From positions 1 to 64,000 of the forward strand of contig CAWHHI010000008.1 in assembly GCA_963829055.1 (NCBI GenBank): DNA of 64,000 nt, given 5' to 3'. This document shows, one piece after another, positions 22,101 to 32,078 of the stretch (its first letter is position 1; each line of letters begins with the position of its first letter). The notes under the pieces are model-generated. The model made no database searches, had not been told where the DNA came from, and was given only the letters and a program-made list of their open reading frames with translations. The position numbers and the translations under genes are program-made. The stretch is from an uncultured Gemmatimonadaceae bacterium (GTDB lineage: Bacteria > Gemmatimonadota > Gemmatimonadetes > Gemmatimonadales > Gemmatimonadaceae).

Positions 22101-23898
22101 CGCGAGCTGATGCGCTGACGCCTCGGCTTCTGCGCCCTCCCCATAGAGCAGCGCACGCACGTCGAGCTCGAGCCACGGAGCGAGCAGCTCGGCGCCCCGG
22201 TCGATCCACGTTCGAAACGTGGGTTCGGCCTCGTAGAGCTCGCGACCCATTCCCGGGTACTGCGCGCCCTGCCCCGGGAACATGAACGCCACACCGTGCT
22301 CGCGCTCGGCGGTGCCTGTCAGCACACGACGCGGCTCCTTTCCTTCGAGCGCGGCGATAGCGTCTTCGCCTGACGAGCACACCACGACGCGCCGGTGCGC
22401 GAACGCGCGGCGCCCGATCTGCGTGGTGTACGCGACGTCGGCGATGTTCTCATCGGGGTGCGCACGCAGATGTTCGACCAACCGAGTCGTCATCGCGTCG
22501 AGCGCCGACGCCGTCGGCGCCGAGAGCGTGAGCAGCTGCCAGCGCCGTCCGGCGTCCGTGGGCGGAAGCGTCGGCGCTTCCTCGAGGACGACATGCGCGT
22601 TCGTGCCGCCGATCCCGAACGAGCTCACACCGGCGCGGCGCGGATGTCCGCTCGTATGCCACTCGGCGAGACGCGTGCTCACGTAGAATGGGCTCGCGGC
22701 GAAGTCGATCTGCGGGTTCGGCTGCTCGAAGTGCAGGCTCGGCGGAATGAGTCGATGCTCGAGCGCCAGCACGGTCTTGATCAACCCCGTCACGCCCGCG
22801 GCGGAATCGAGGTGGCCGACGTTCGTCTTCACCGAGCCGATCGCGCAGAACTGCCGTCGGCCCGAGCGACCGAACACCTGACTCAGCGCGGCGATCTCGA
22901 TCGGATCGCCGAGCGGTGTTCCGGTTCCGTGCGCCTCGATGTAGGAGATGGTCTCCGGCGCCACGCCGGCCATCGCCTGCGCCATCGCGATCGCCTGCGC
23001 CTGACCGTCGACGCTCGGCGCCGTGTAGCCGACCTTCCCTGCACCGTCGTTGTTGATCCCGGTGCCGCGAATGACGGCGTGAATTGAGTCACCGTCAGCG
23101 ATCGCATCGGACATGCCGCTTGAGCACGACGACACCGACCCCGCTCCCACCGACGGTGCCCTTCGCGCTCGCGTCGAACGCGCGGCAATGCCCGTCCGGC
23201 GAGGCGATCCCGCCCTCGTGGTAGAAGTAGCCCTGCCCCTGGGGCACGGCCACCGTGACGCCGCCGGCGAGCGCCATGTCGCACTGATAGTCGAGCAGAC
23301 TCTGACACGCGAGGCAGACCGCGACGAGCGACGTCGAGCACGCGGTGCCGACGCTGACCGCGGGCCCGTGAAGGTCGAGCTTGTACGCGGTGCGAGTCGC
23401 GAGATGGTCCTTGTCGTTCGAGAGGAGGATCTGGAAGTCGTCGAGCGCGGCGTTCTGCAGGTAGCTGAGGTACAGGTTGAGCGCGTACGTGCTCATCGAC
23501 GCACCCGCATACACGCCGATCAGCCCGGGGAAGCGCGACGGATCGCAGCCCGCGTGCTCGAGCCCCTCCCACGCACACTCGAGGAACAACCGATGCTGCG
23601 GGTCGAGCAGCTCCGCATCGCGTGGACTGAAGCCGAAGAACCGTGCGTCGAACAGGTCGATGTCACGGAGCGTCGCGCCAGCGTTCACGTAGTTGGGCAG
23701 GTCGAGCACTCCAGGATCGACGCCCACCGAACGCAGCTCGTCAGGACCGAAACGTGAGATGCACTCCACGCCATCGCGGACGTTGGCCCAGAAGCGCTCC
23801 ACATTGTCGGCACCAGGGAAGCGTCCGCTCATTCCGACAACGGCGATCCCGTCCGCGAGCCCCACACCCACCCCACTCACTCCGCTGCCATCGCTCAC
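19146..23898 (-). CDS. Type I PKS module KS-AT-KR-ACP (frameshift near 23112)
   Basis: TACSTS, HGTGT, NVGH; AT GHSVG and HAFH; KR GGLGNIG and YAAAN; ACP LGGHSL. Confidence 0.9.
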
Positions 23899-26800
23899 GG
23901 TTCTGCCTCCCCGTAGGTCGTCGGTCCCCTGCGCCGTGCACGGGCCTGCCGCTGTCGTTCGGCGCGCGTCTCCGCTTCAACGAGCGATGCATTGATCGCC
24001 ACGTCCGCCAGCTCCCTTCGCCCGGCGCGCTCACGCCCGAGGTGCGTCGCGAGCGCATGGACGGTCGGGTGCCGGAAGAGCTCTACCAACGGCACGGTAC
24101 CGCGCACTGCGGTCTGGATGCGGTGGTGCGCGCGCACCATGAGCAGCGAGTGGCCGCCCAGGTCGAAGAAGTTGTCGTGCACCCCCACGCGTTCGAGCCC
24201 GAGCACCTCCTGCCAGATGCGCCCGATGGTGGTCTCCAGGTCCGACGCCGGTGCGACGTACGCGTAGTCGAGCACAGGTCGCTCGGCCCCGGGAGCGGGG
24301 AGCGCTTCGCGGTCCACCTTGCCCGTCGCGGTGAGCGGCAGCGCATCCAGGAACACGAATGCGTTAGGCACCATGTAGTCGGGGAGCTCCGTCTGCAGTT
24401 GCCGTCGCAGCTCGCCCGTGGTCGGCGCCGGCGTCGACGCCGGAACGACGTACGCGACGAGCCGCTTGCCGTCGGCGTGATCGTCGCGCGCCGTGACCGC
24501 GCACGCGCGCACCCCAGGCCGTCGCGTCAGCACGCTCTCGATCTCGCCGAGCTCGATGCGGAAGCCGCGCACCTTCACCTGGCGGTCGGCGCGGCCGAGG
24601 AACTCGAGCACGCCGTCCTCGCGCCAGCGCGCGGTGTCCCCGGTGCGGTACAGGCGCCCGCCGGGCGCCGCCGCGAACGGGTCCGGCACGAACCGCTCCG
24701 CGGTCAGGGCGGGGTCGTTCAGGTAGCCGAGCGCGACGCCGGCGCCGCCGACGCAGAGCTCCCCGGGTACGCCCGTCGGCGCGAGCTGCAGGTGCTCGTC
24801 GACGACGTAGACGTGTGTGCCGGCGATCGGCACGCCGATCGGCACGCCGGTTGTCATGTCCTCCTGGGCGTCAATGACGTGGCAGCAGGTGAACGTCGTG
24901 TTCTCCGTGGGCCCGTATCCGTTCACAACGCGACACGTGGGCACTTCGCGCAGGAACCGCTGCACGTGCGGAACCGATAGCCGATCGCCACCAGAGATGA
25001 GCGTGCGCAGCGGGCGCAGCTCGTCCGGCCCGTGCTCGACGACCTGATGGAAGAGCGATGCGGTGAGCCAGAGGGCGGTGACGCCGTGGTCGCGAATGAG
25101 CGCCCCGAGTCCCTCGGGCGTGGGCATGGCCGGGGGCGCGAGCACCACTCGGCCGCCATTGATGAGCGGGCACCAGATCTCGAGCGTGGACGCGTCGAAC
25201 GACACCGGCGCGAGATGAAGCACGACGTCATCGGCACCGAACCATCGCGCGCACGTACCTAACGCGAGGCGGACGATGCCGCGATGCGGTACGACGACGC
25301 CTTTGGGGCGGCCCGTCGAGCCGCTCGTGTACATGATGTACGCGGGCGTGTCGGGGCCGGGGGCGTGCTCCCCGAGCGCGACGAGGGCGGCGGCGAGCGA
25401 CGTCATTCCGAGCGGAGCAGCGACAGAAGGGCCCGCGTTAGGTTCATCGATGTCGCCGAGCCAGTCGACGAGAATCGCCCGCTCGGCGAGCGCCACCGGC
25501 AGACGGCGGACCAGCGCCGCGGTCGTGATGACGACCGTAGCGCCACTGTCGGCAACCGCCTGCGCCAGGCGCGCCGGCGGGTGCGACGGCTCGAGCGGCA
25601 GGTAGGGCACGCCGGCGGCCAGCACGCCGAGCAGCGCGACCGGGAGCGCCGGCGAGCGCTCGAGGAGTACCGCCACCGGCGCTGCGCCGTCTCCCGCTCC
25701 GGCCTCGTGTTCATCCGCCGCGACCTGTACCCAAGCCTGCGCGGTGCGCACCGCCGGCCTAACGCCACGGCCAGCGAGGGTGCCCGCCAGACGCGCGGCC
25801 CGGCCTGCGAGCTCGCCGTAGCTCACCAGTACCGGCGCCCCGCCCACACCCTCGGCGACGTTCGCCACGACGAGTGCAGTGGCGTCTGGGTCCAGGGCGG
25901 CGCGCGCTGCCACGAGCGCGGGAACGCTGACACCGGCAACCAACTCCGCCGCCGGCCCGGTCCCCCATCCGAGCAGCCGCTGCCGCTCGGCGGGGCCGAG
26001 CAGCGGCAGCTCGGCCAGCGGGCGGTCGGGGTCCGCCGCCCCGGCGGTCAGGAGGGCCGCGTAATGCTCCAGCAGCCGCGCCATCCGCGTGTGTCCGAAG
26101 AGGTCCGTCGCATACTCGGCGTGGATCGTTAGGCGGCTGTCCGTCTCGCCGACGAACAGCGTGAGGTCGAATTTTGCAGTGCCGATATCGACGTCGGGCG
26201 ATCCCTCCGCACCAAGCTCCCGCAACGCTGCCGCGTCAGGCGCGTCACCAAGGCTCGCCTGGTAGACGAACATCACCTGGAACAGCGGCGTGTGGCTCAG
26301 ATGCCGCTCTGGCGCAAGGGCCGCGACGAGGCGCTCGAATGGGAGGTCCTGGTGCGCGTAGGCACCGAGCACGAGCTCGCGCGCGCGCCGCACCGCCTCG
26401 CGCAGCGTCGGCCGGCCGGCGAGGTCGGCGCGCAGCACGAGCGTGTTGACGAAGAAGCCGATGAGCCCCTCCGTTTCCGGCCGCCCGCGATTCGCCACCG
26501 GCGTGCCCACCACGGGATCGCTCCGCCCCGTATAGCGCGAGAGCAGCGCCTGGAACCCGGCCAACAGCACCATGAACGGGGTCGCCCCCTCTGCGCGCCC
26601 CAACTCACGCAGCGACGCGGTCAGCTCCGCCGAGAGCCGCCGAGATTGCGAGGCGCCGCGAAAGCTCTGCACGAGAGGACGTGGCCGATCGGACGGAAGG
26701 TCCATTCGCGGCGGCGCGCCGGCGAGTTGAGCGGTCCAGTACGCGCGCTGCGCGTCGAGCGCGGGGCCGTCGAGCTGCCCGCGCTGCCAGACCGCGTAGT

Positions 26801-27338
26801 CCGCGTACTGCACCGGCAGCTCTGTCAGCGGCGACGGCCTATCTGCGACGTACGCGGCGTAGAGCGCTCCCAACTCACGGTGCAGCACTTCCATCGACCA
26901 TCCATCGGACACGATGTGGTGCATAACGAGGAGGAGCACCGCCTGATCGCGGGACAGCCGCAGCAGCGTCCCGCGCAGCAGCGGCCCGACCGCGAGATCG
27001 AACGGCCGCTCGGCGGCCTCGCGCAGGACGCGCGCACCTTCGCGCTCCACTGCGTCCGTGGGGCGGGCGCGAAGATCGATCACTTCCAGAGGAACGGTTC
27101 CCGTGGCGTGCACGACCTGCATCGGCCGTCCGTCCTGCGCCGTGAACGTCGTGCGCAGCGTCTCGTGTCGCCGCACGATCTCGCGCAGCGCGTGCTCGAG
27201 CGCGGCGACGTGGACCGGTTCTGGCAGCGGTACACTGAGACTGAGATTATAGAGCGGGCTTCCGGGCGAAAGCTGGTCGAGGAACCAGAGCCGCTCCTGC
27301 GCGAACGAAGTCGGGAACACGTACCGTGCGTCGTTCAT
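23895..27338 (-). CDS. NRPS C-A-PCP module (predicted Val)
   Basis: HHIVSDG, YTSGSTG, NGYGPTENTTF, TGKVD, GGHSL; specificity code read manually as DALWIGGTFK. Confidence 0.9.
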   Translation of the reverse strand: MNDARYVFPTSFAQERLWFLDQLSPGSPLYNLSLSVPLPEPVHVAALEHALREIVRRHETLRTTFTAQDGRPMQVVHATGTVPLEVIDLRARPTDAVEREGARVLREAAERPFDLAVGPLLRGTLLRLSRDQAVLLLVMHHIVSDGWSMEVLHRELGALYAAYVADRPSPLTELPVQYADYAVWQRGQLDGPALDAQRAYWTAQLAGAPPRMDLPSDRPRPLVQSFRGASQSRRLSAELTASLRELGRAEGATPFMVLLAGFQALLSRYTGRSDPVVGTPVANRGRPETEGLIGFFVNTLVLRADLAGRPTLREAVRRARELVLGAYAHQDLPFERLVAALAPERHLSHTPLFQVMFVYQASLGDAPDAAALRELGAEGSPDVDIGTAKFDLTLFVGETDSRLTIHAEYATDLFGHTRMARLLEHYAALLTAGAADPDRPLAELPLLGPAERQRLLGWGTGPAAELVAGVSVPALVAARAALDPDATALVVANVAEGVGGAPVLVSYGELAGRAARLAGTLAGRGVRPAVRTAQAWVQVAADEHEAGAGDGAAPVAVLLERSPALPVALLGVLAAGVPYLPLEPSHPPARLAQAVADSGATVVITTAALVRRLPVALAERAILVDWLGDIDEPNAGPSVAAPLGMTSLAAALVALGEHAPGPDTPAYIMYTSGSTGRPKGVVVPHRGIVRLALGTCARWFGADDVVLHLAPVSFDASTLEIWCPLINGGRVVLAPPAMPTPEGLGALIRDHGVTALWLTASLFHQVVEHGPDELRPLRTLISGGDRLSVPHVQRFLREVPTCRVVNGYGPTENTTFTCCHVIDAQEDMTTGVPIGVPIAGTHVYVVDEHLQLAPTGVPGELCVGGAGVALGYLNDPALTAERFVPDPFAAAPGGRLYRTGDTARWREDGVLEFLGRADRQVKVRGFRIELGEIESVLTRRPGVRACAVTARDDHADGKRLVAYVVPASTPAPTTGELRRQLQTELPDYMVPNAFVFLDALPLTATGKVDREALPAPGAERPVLDYAYVAPASDLETTIGRIWQEVLGLERVGVHDNFFDLGGHSLLMVRAHHRIQTAVRGTVPLVELFRHPTVHALATHLGRERAGRRELADVAINASLVEAETRAERQRQARARRRGPTTYGEAEP

Positions 27339-27445
27339 GCCCTACTCCTCCACACCGCCGCGCACAACGCGGGTACAGCGTGAGCATGGTCGCGACGGAG
27401 CGCCGCGGCCGGCCAGCCTAACGCGGATGCCGAACCCGGAGTCCG

Positions 27446-28297
27446 CTATGGAATCACACCTGCCACGCGAACCAACTCCGAGATGATCGACTCCGCCACC
27501 GGCCCGCGCGGGTCGTACGCAAAAAAGTGTCCTCCCGGAACCATGCGCTGCGTGAATGGTCCTGACCCGTGCTCGCGCCACGCAGCGATCTCCGCAGGCG
27601 TCACGCGCGCGTCGTTCAACCCCCCGAACACGCTGATCGGGCAGGCGAGCGGCGCGTCCGGGAAGTAGGAATACGTCTCGATGAGCGTGAGATCCGCGCG
27701 AAGCGCCGGGAGCAGCAGGTGCATCACCTCGTCACTGCGCAGCACTTCGTTAGGCGTGCCGTCGAGGCGACGCAGCTCCTCGAGGAGCTCTTCGGTTGGC
27801 AGATCGTGCATTGCTCGGTGACGACGCTGCATCTGCGGCGCGGGTGCCGCCGAGAGGAACAAATGCACCGGTGAAGCACCGAACGCGCGGCGGAGGTACC
27901 GCGCCAGCTCGAAGCAGATCAGCGCGCCCATGCTGTGACCAAACAACGCGAACGGCACGCCAAGGTGCGGCACCATCGCCTCGGCCAGCTCGGAGAGCAG
28001 CGGCGCGAGTCGGACGAACGGCTGATCGGCGATCCGTGCTTCGCGCCCGGGGAGCTGCACCGGTATGATCTCGACGCTTGTCGGCACCGCATCGGTCCAC
28101 TTGCGAAAGACCGACGTGCCGCCGCCAGCGTGCGGGATGGTGAAGAGCCGTACCCGCACTCGCGGGTCGTTGTACCTGATCGCACCCAGGTAACGGCTCC
28201 CCCGGATTATCGACCGAGCCGGCCTTGCGTCCGCGGCTCTACCATCGGTGGCGCCACGTGACGTCCGGCCCACGTGTATGGAAGGCTTCTGCTGCAT
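27446..28297 (-). CDS. Type II thioesterase
   Basis: IPHAGG, QLPGRE, GHSMG, GGHFF; start codon uncertain. Confidence 0.85.
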   Translation of the reverse strand: MQQKPSIHVGRTSRGATDGRAADARPARSIIRGSRYLGAIRYNDPRVRVRLFTIPHAGGGTSVFRKWTDAVPTSVEIIPVQLPGREARIADQPFVRLAPLLSELAEAMVPHLGVPFALFGHSMGALICFELARYLRRAFGASPVHLFLSAAPAPQMQRRHRAMHDLPTEELLEELRRLDGTPNEVLRSDEVMHLLLPALRADLTLIETYSYFPDAPLACPISVFGGLNDARVTPAEIAAWREHGSGPFTQRMVPGGHFFAYDPRGPVAESIISELVRVAGVIP

Positions 28298-28797
28298 CAC
28301 TTCCACTCCGGCGGGCCGCGCTCGGCTCACCTCTGGTGCTTCGAGATCGAGGGCCCGCGAGGACCGCGTGCCCTCCCTCGAGGACCGCGCAAGATGGGAA
28401 GCGCCTGAATGGACTGTCAAGAACGTCGCCAGACGACGTGGTGGACAGCGTATGAGTCGCGCGCAGTCGTGTCCACCAGTTCAGCGACGAGCCCGGCTGA
28501 CGTCGACTCGCAACCGCGGGCTCGCACGCATCAAGCGCTATTCTCGCGCGGGCGTCCGTGCTCTGAGGCACAGCTCTCGGACGACGCGGTCTAGCTCCTG
28601 CGGGCCACCGTACGCGACGGCGATGATGCCAGCATCCTGTTGTTCAGGACCGCCATGGCGGATGGGGTAATCGTCGGCGGGCGCGACTTCGCTGAGCCTG
28701 GGCCGCGTTAGGCGAACTCGGAGACGCCGGTCTTGTCCACGACTCGTCCGGCAAGGGCGTCAGCTTCGATGTGACTCACAGCGAAGTCTGTCCCATG

Positions 28798-28828
28798 CAT
28801 GGTCATCTCCGTTGCAGGAGATGACACC
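28798..28828 (-). repeat. 31-bp hairpin leader, copy 1 (copy 2 at 29842-29872)
   Basis: GGTGTCATCTCCTG(C/G)AACGGAGATGACCATG on the minus strand. Confidence 0.75.
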
Positions 28829-28884
28829 GGGCTGTTACACGAGCGTGACCTACACAATGCCCGCCCGACCGGACCCAGCCGCTG

Positions 28885-29103
28885 TTACGCCTGCTCGGCG
28901 GGCTTGTTGAGCGCCGGCTGGGCGTCCAGCGCCCGCGCCAACAATCGCTCGGCGGTCCGCGCCACGTCCTCGACGAGTTGCGCGAACTCGGCGTCCGTCA
29001 GCGTGGAGCGTACCCGTTCGAGACCCTCGGAAATGGCGGCCCGGCGCTGCTGGGATCGGTCGGACGTTGCTTCGAGCAAGGGACCTCGCGGGTAGCAGAC
29101 CAT
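28885..29103 (-). CDS. Small helical hypothetical protein
   Basis: 72-aa ORF with the amphipathic segment LTDAEFAQLVEDVARTAE. Confidence 0.45.
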   Translation of the reverse strand: MVCYPRGPLLEATSDRSQQRRAAISEGLERVRSTLTDAEFAQLVEDVARTAERLLARALDAQPALNKPAEQA

Positions 29104-29368
29104 GGATCGCGGAAATTTTGATGCGACGCCTTCGCAAGCACTACACCAAACGACCGGCCGAGCCTATCGAGACGCATACTGCCGGAGCGGCCTGCGGATT
29201 GCCTTGGAACTCACTGCCATCGCGTCGTCGTTCGGTAGGCCCGCCTAGGGTTGGCCGCCGGGAAACCGGTACAACAGGTGTGGCCGACGACCCGCGTGCA
29301 GTCCGGACGGGCCAAGGCCGGCGCTGGTTCGGCGGCGGCGCGGTGGTTCCTTTGTGTCAGGCGGTTGC

Positions 29369-29755
29369 ATGGCCATTCTCCACCTCGATGACAACGAGTT
29401 GATCCGCGACGTGGTGCGTCGTGCGCTCGGCGCATCCGGCTTCTCGGTCGTGTCCGCGGACAGCGTGCGCGCCGCGCAGCTCGCGTTGGCCGAGCGCGAC
29501 GACATCGCGGGCGCGCTGCTCGACGTCCGCCTCCGGGACGGCAGCGGCGTGGACCTCTACTGGTGGATCGCCACCCAGCGTCCGGCGCTCGCCAAGCGCG
29601 TCGCGTTTCTCTCCGGCAGCGCGGGTACCGAGGCGTTCGCGCCGCTGGCGGCGCTCGGGTGCCCGATTCTCCCGAAGCCCTTCGAGCTTGCGGACCTCCG
29701 ACGCTTCGCCGCGGAGTGGGAGGCGGCGGCGGACCCAAGTGCGCAGCCACGTTAG
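29369..29755 (+). CDS. Single-domain response regulator receiver
   Basis: ILHLDD, LLDV, SG, FLSG, KPF. Confidence 0.85.
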   Translation: MAILHLDDNELIRDVVRRALGASGFSVVSADSVRAAQLALAERDDIAGALLDVRLRDGSGVDLYWWIATQRPALAKRVAFLSGSAGTEAFAPLAALGCPILPKPFELADLRRFAAEWEAAADPSAQPR

Positions 29756-29841
29756 GCGAGGAAGCCTCACCGCTCGAGGATCCAGAACATCCTCGACCGA
29801 TCGATGGGACTCCCGCAGTAGACACAGCTCGCGAGTTCGTC

Positions 29842-29872
29842 CATGGTCATCTCCGTTCCAGGAGATGACACC
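29842..29872 (-). repeat. 31-bp hairpin leader, copy 2
   Basis: One mismatch to 28798-28828. Confidence 0.75.
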
Positions 29873-30229
29873 AGCCCCTGACTTCTGAACCCGGCGCGGC
29901 GGCTCGGAGCCGAGGCGCGACCTTGGAAAGACTCGCGTAGTTGGCTACCAGACGACTCTCTTCGACACCGTGCGAGGCTTTCAGCGGCGACTCAGCGCGA
30001 TGGGTGGATTCGTCTTTGCTCGCGCCGGCGATCCTGATCGGCTCGCTCCACCCGTCGAAGGCCGTTGCGGTCGCCGGCGGGTGGGACGACGTTGACGATG
30101 GACCCAGCCCGACCACGACGACGTGCTGGCCGTGACGAGTGAGCCACGAAACGGGGGAAGCTACCGCCAAGGAGCTAGCAGCAGTATCGGCGTCGAGATA
30201 CTGACACCGAGACTGACCTACCGCGTAGA

Positions 30230-30270
30230 AACGACAAAGGCCGGACGCGCTATAAACGCTGTCCGGCCTT
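30230..30270 (-). terminator. Terminator after tRNA-Gln
   Basis: AGGCCGGAC..GTCCGGCCT followed by TTGTCGTTT. Confidence 0.7.
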
Positions 30271-30274
30271 GAAG

Positions 30275-30347
30275 TTGCCCCTCCTGGGCTCGAACCAGGA
30301 CTCTTCTGATCCAGAGTCAGACGTGTTGCCAGTTACACCAAGGGGCA
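30275..30347 (-). tRNA. tRNA-Gln(CTG)
   Basis: TGCCCCT..TCTGA-CTCTGGA-TCAGA..GGTTCGAG..GGGGCA cloverleaf; CCA not encoded. Confidence 0.95.
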
Positions 30348-30504
30348 GTGACCTTTTCCCCGCTCGCGCGGAGTTCGTAAGCTAGCTTTGCACAGCTACC
30401 CCATCAACCCCCGAACTACCGACCGCATCGCGTGTTGGCCCGCGCAGCGTGAACCCTTGGACCGCCACGGACGACACAGCGTGCCTGCACCGCGCCGGGT
30501 TCGG

Positions 30505-31800
30505 GTGACACGCTCGAGCCTGCATTTGACGCTCGCGATGGCAGCCATCCTGACGGTCGCGATCGGGTGTCGCGGAACGCCTATCGCGCTCGGAAGCGAT
30601 CGGCGCGCGGCGCGCGCGAACGCCAATGCGCTGTTCGAGGGGCTCGCCAGCAGATTCGACAACGTCCAGCGGGCGCCAAAGTTCTTCCAGGCCCGCTCGA
30701 AGCTGGGCCGGTTTGCGCTGTCGCCCTCCGGCATCTATGGCGACACGTCGGTCTGGACCGCCGTCGGAACAGACAGCACCCGGACGCTCACGCTTTCCGG
30801 GAGCCACACCGCTGGCGGCTACATGTTCACGCCCCGCGCTGCGGTCCCGGTTCCAAACGTCACCGGCGACTCGCGACACGTCATTCGCCTTCACCGAAGA
30901 GGCGAGTCGGAATACGACTGGTCGACCGTCGTCGACCACGCGATCGGGCCCGTGCGCGCGAGCGAGGTGGGCGCCGCGGTCACGGCGTTTCTCGCGGCGC
31001 CGGTGCAGGCGGGCGCCAGCCGCATTCGCGTAGACAACCAGACGATTCTCCCTCGCACGACTCGTGTGCTCGGCGAGCTGTTCTCGCTCGACACGGTTCG
31101 CGTGACACCCGCGAGCGACGGAAGCAGCGCGGTCTTCGTCCGCTTTCACATGGATCCGAACCGGATCAAGCAGACGCGCCCGAACTTCGCGAAGTACCTC
31201 GACAAGTACGTCGCGCCTGCTCAGTACCGGCTCCGCCTCCAGGACGGTCGTGGCGCTCTGTGGCTCGATGCGGCAGGCCAGGACAACGCGTTCACCGTCA
31301 GCTACCGCGTTCAGAACGGAACGCTCGTGTCGCTCGCGGGGCCTGCGCGCCCGATGCCCGATTCGCTGCAGATCAAGTTGGACGCCTCGGCGAAGTTCAT
31401 GATCTTTCGCGTCGGCGTATCGAGCCTCGTAGGCGACTTCGCCTTTCTGCGCAGCGACGGTGAACGCGGGTGGTCCATGCGGTTTCGCCGCGAGCCCGAT
31501 TGGCACTTTCCACTGGCGGTGAACACGTTCATCCGGACATCGCTTCGCCACCCGTTCGCCGGCGAGGGTATCACCGTGCGTATCGCGGTGCGCGATCGCG
31601 GTGGGCAGCAGACATTGCTGACCCGTGAGGTAGGCGTGGCGGTCCAGGAGAGTGCGATCGTCCGCTGGCTCGGCGGCCTCGGGAGCTCGGCCATGAACGA
31701 TTTCGCCGGTCGCGCGGAGGCCGAGGAGAATCGTTATGTGTTCGAGGTTCTGAGCGCGCTGCGCGCGGATTTCGTCGCCGCGCTGTCGGCGGGCGAGTAG
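30505..31800 (+). CDS. Hypothetical exported protein or lipoprotein
   Basis: Long ORF with a hydrophobic N-terminus ending VAIGC; start codon uncertain. Confidence 0.65.
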   Translation: MTRSSLHLTLAMAAILTVAIGCRGTPIALGSDRRAARANANALFEGLASRFDNVQRAPKFFQARSKLGRFALSPSGIYGDTSVWTAVGTDSTRTLTLSGSHTAGGYMFTPRAAVPVPNVTGDSRHVIRLHRRGESEYDWSTVVDHAIGPVRASEVGAAVTAFLAAPVQAGASRIRVDNQTILPRTTRVLGELFSLDTVRVTPASDGSSAVFVRFHMDPNRIKQTRPNFAKYLDKYVAPAQYRLRLQDGRGALWLDAAGQDNAFTVSYRVQNGTLVSLAGPARPMPDSLQIKLDASAKFMIFRVGVSSLVGDFAFLRSDGERGWSMRFRREPDWHFPLAVNTFIRTSLRHPFAGEGITVRIAVRDRGGQQTLLTREVGVAVQESAIVRWLGGLGSSAMNDFAGRAEAEENRYVFEVLSALRADFVAALSAGE

Positions 31801-31825
31801 CGCCCACCGTAGCGTCCACGCCGTA

Positions 31826-31868
31826 GAAAACGAAAAGCGCCACGAGGCCGAATCGGCTCGCAGCGCTT
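31826..31868 (-). terminator. Terminator of the tRNA-Ala transcript
   Basis: AAGCGC..GCCGATTCGGC..GCGCTT followed by TTCGTTTT. Confidence 0.6.
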
Positions 31869-31887
31869 GCGTCGTCCTACCTTCGTT

Positions 31888-31978
31888 GGTTCAGCCGGCG
31901 GGACTTGCCACGCACACCGTCATTGGAACTCTCCGTCCTACCGAGCGGCGGCGGGCAACATTCCCTCTGGCTAGAACC
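31888..31978 (-). ncRNA. Candidate rod-shaped ncRNA of unknown family
   Basis: Nested pairings GGTTC/GAACC, AGCC/GGCT, GGGA/TCCC, TTGCC/GGCAA, CGCCG/CGGTG; lies between the tRNA and the terminator. Confidence 0.4.
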
Positions 31979-32004
31979 ATGCCGCATGTCGCGGCGACCT
32001 TCAA

Positions 32005-32078
<74 letters not shown>

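Noticed and set aside
28420..29872. Integron cassette array suggested by GCCTAAC/GTTAGGC cores
   Set aside because: No paired R''/R' boxes forming attC stems and no integrase seen; the motif is scattered throughout the window.
31888..31978. SRP RNA or 6S RNA assignment
   Set aside because: Lacks the SRP domain IV motif and is too short for 6S.
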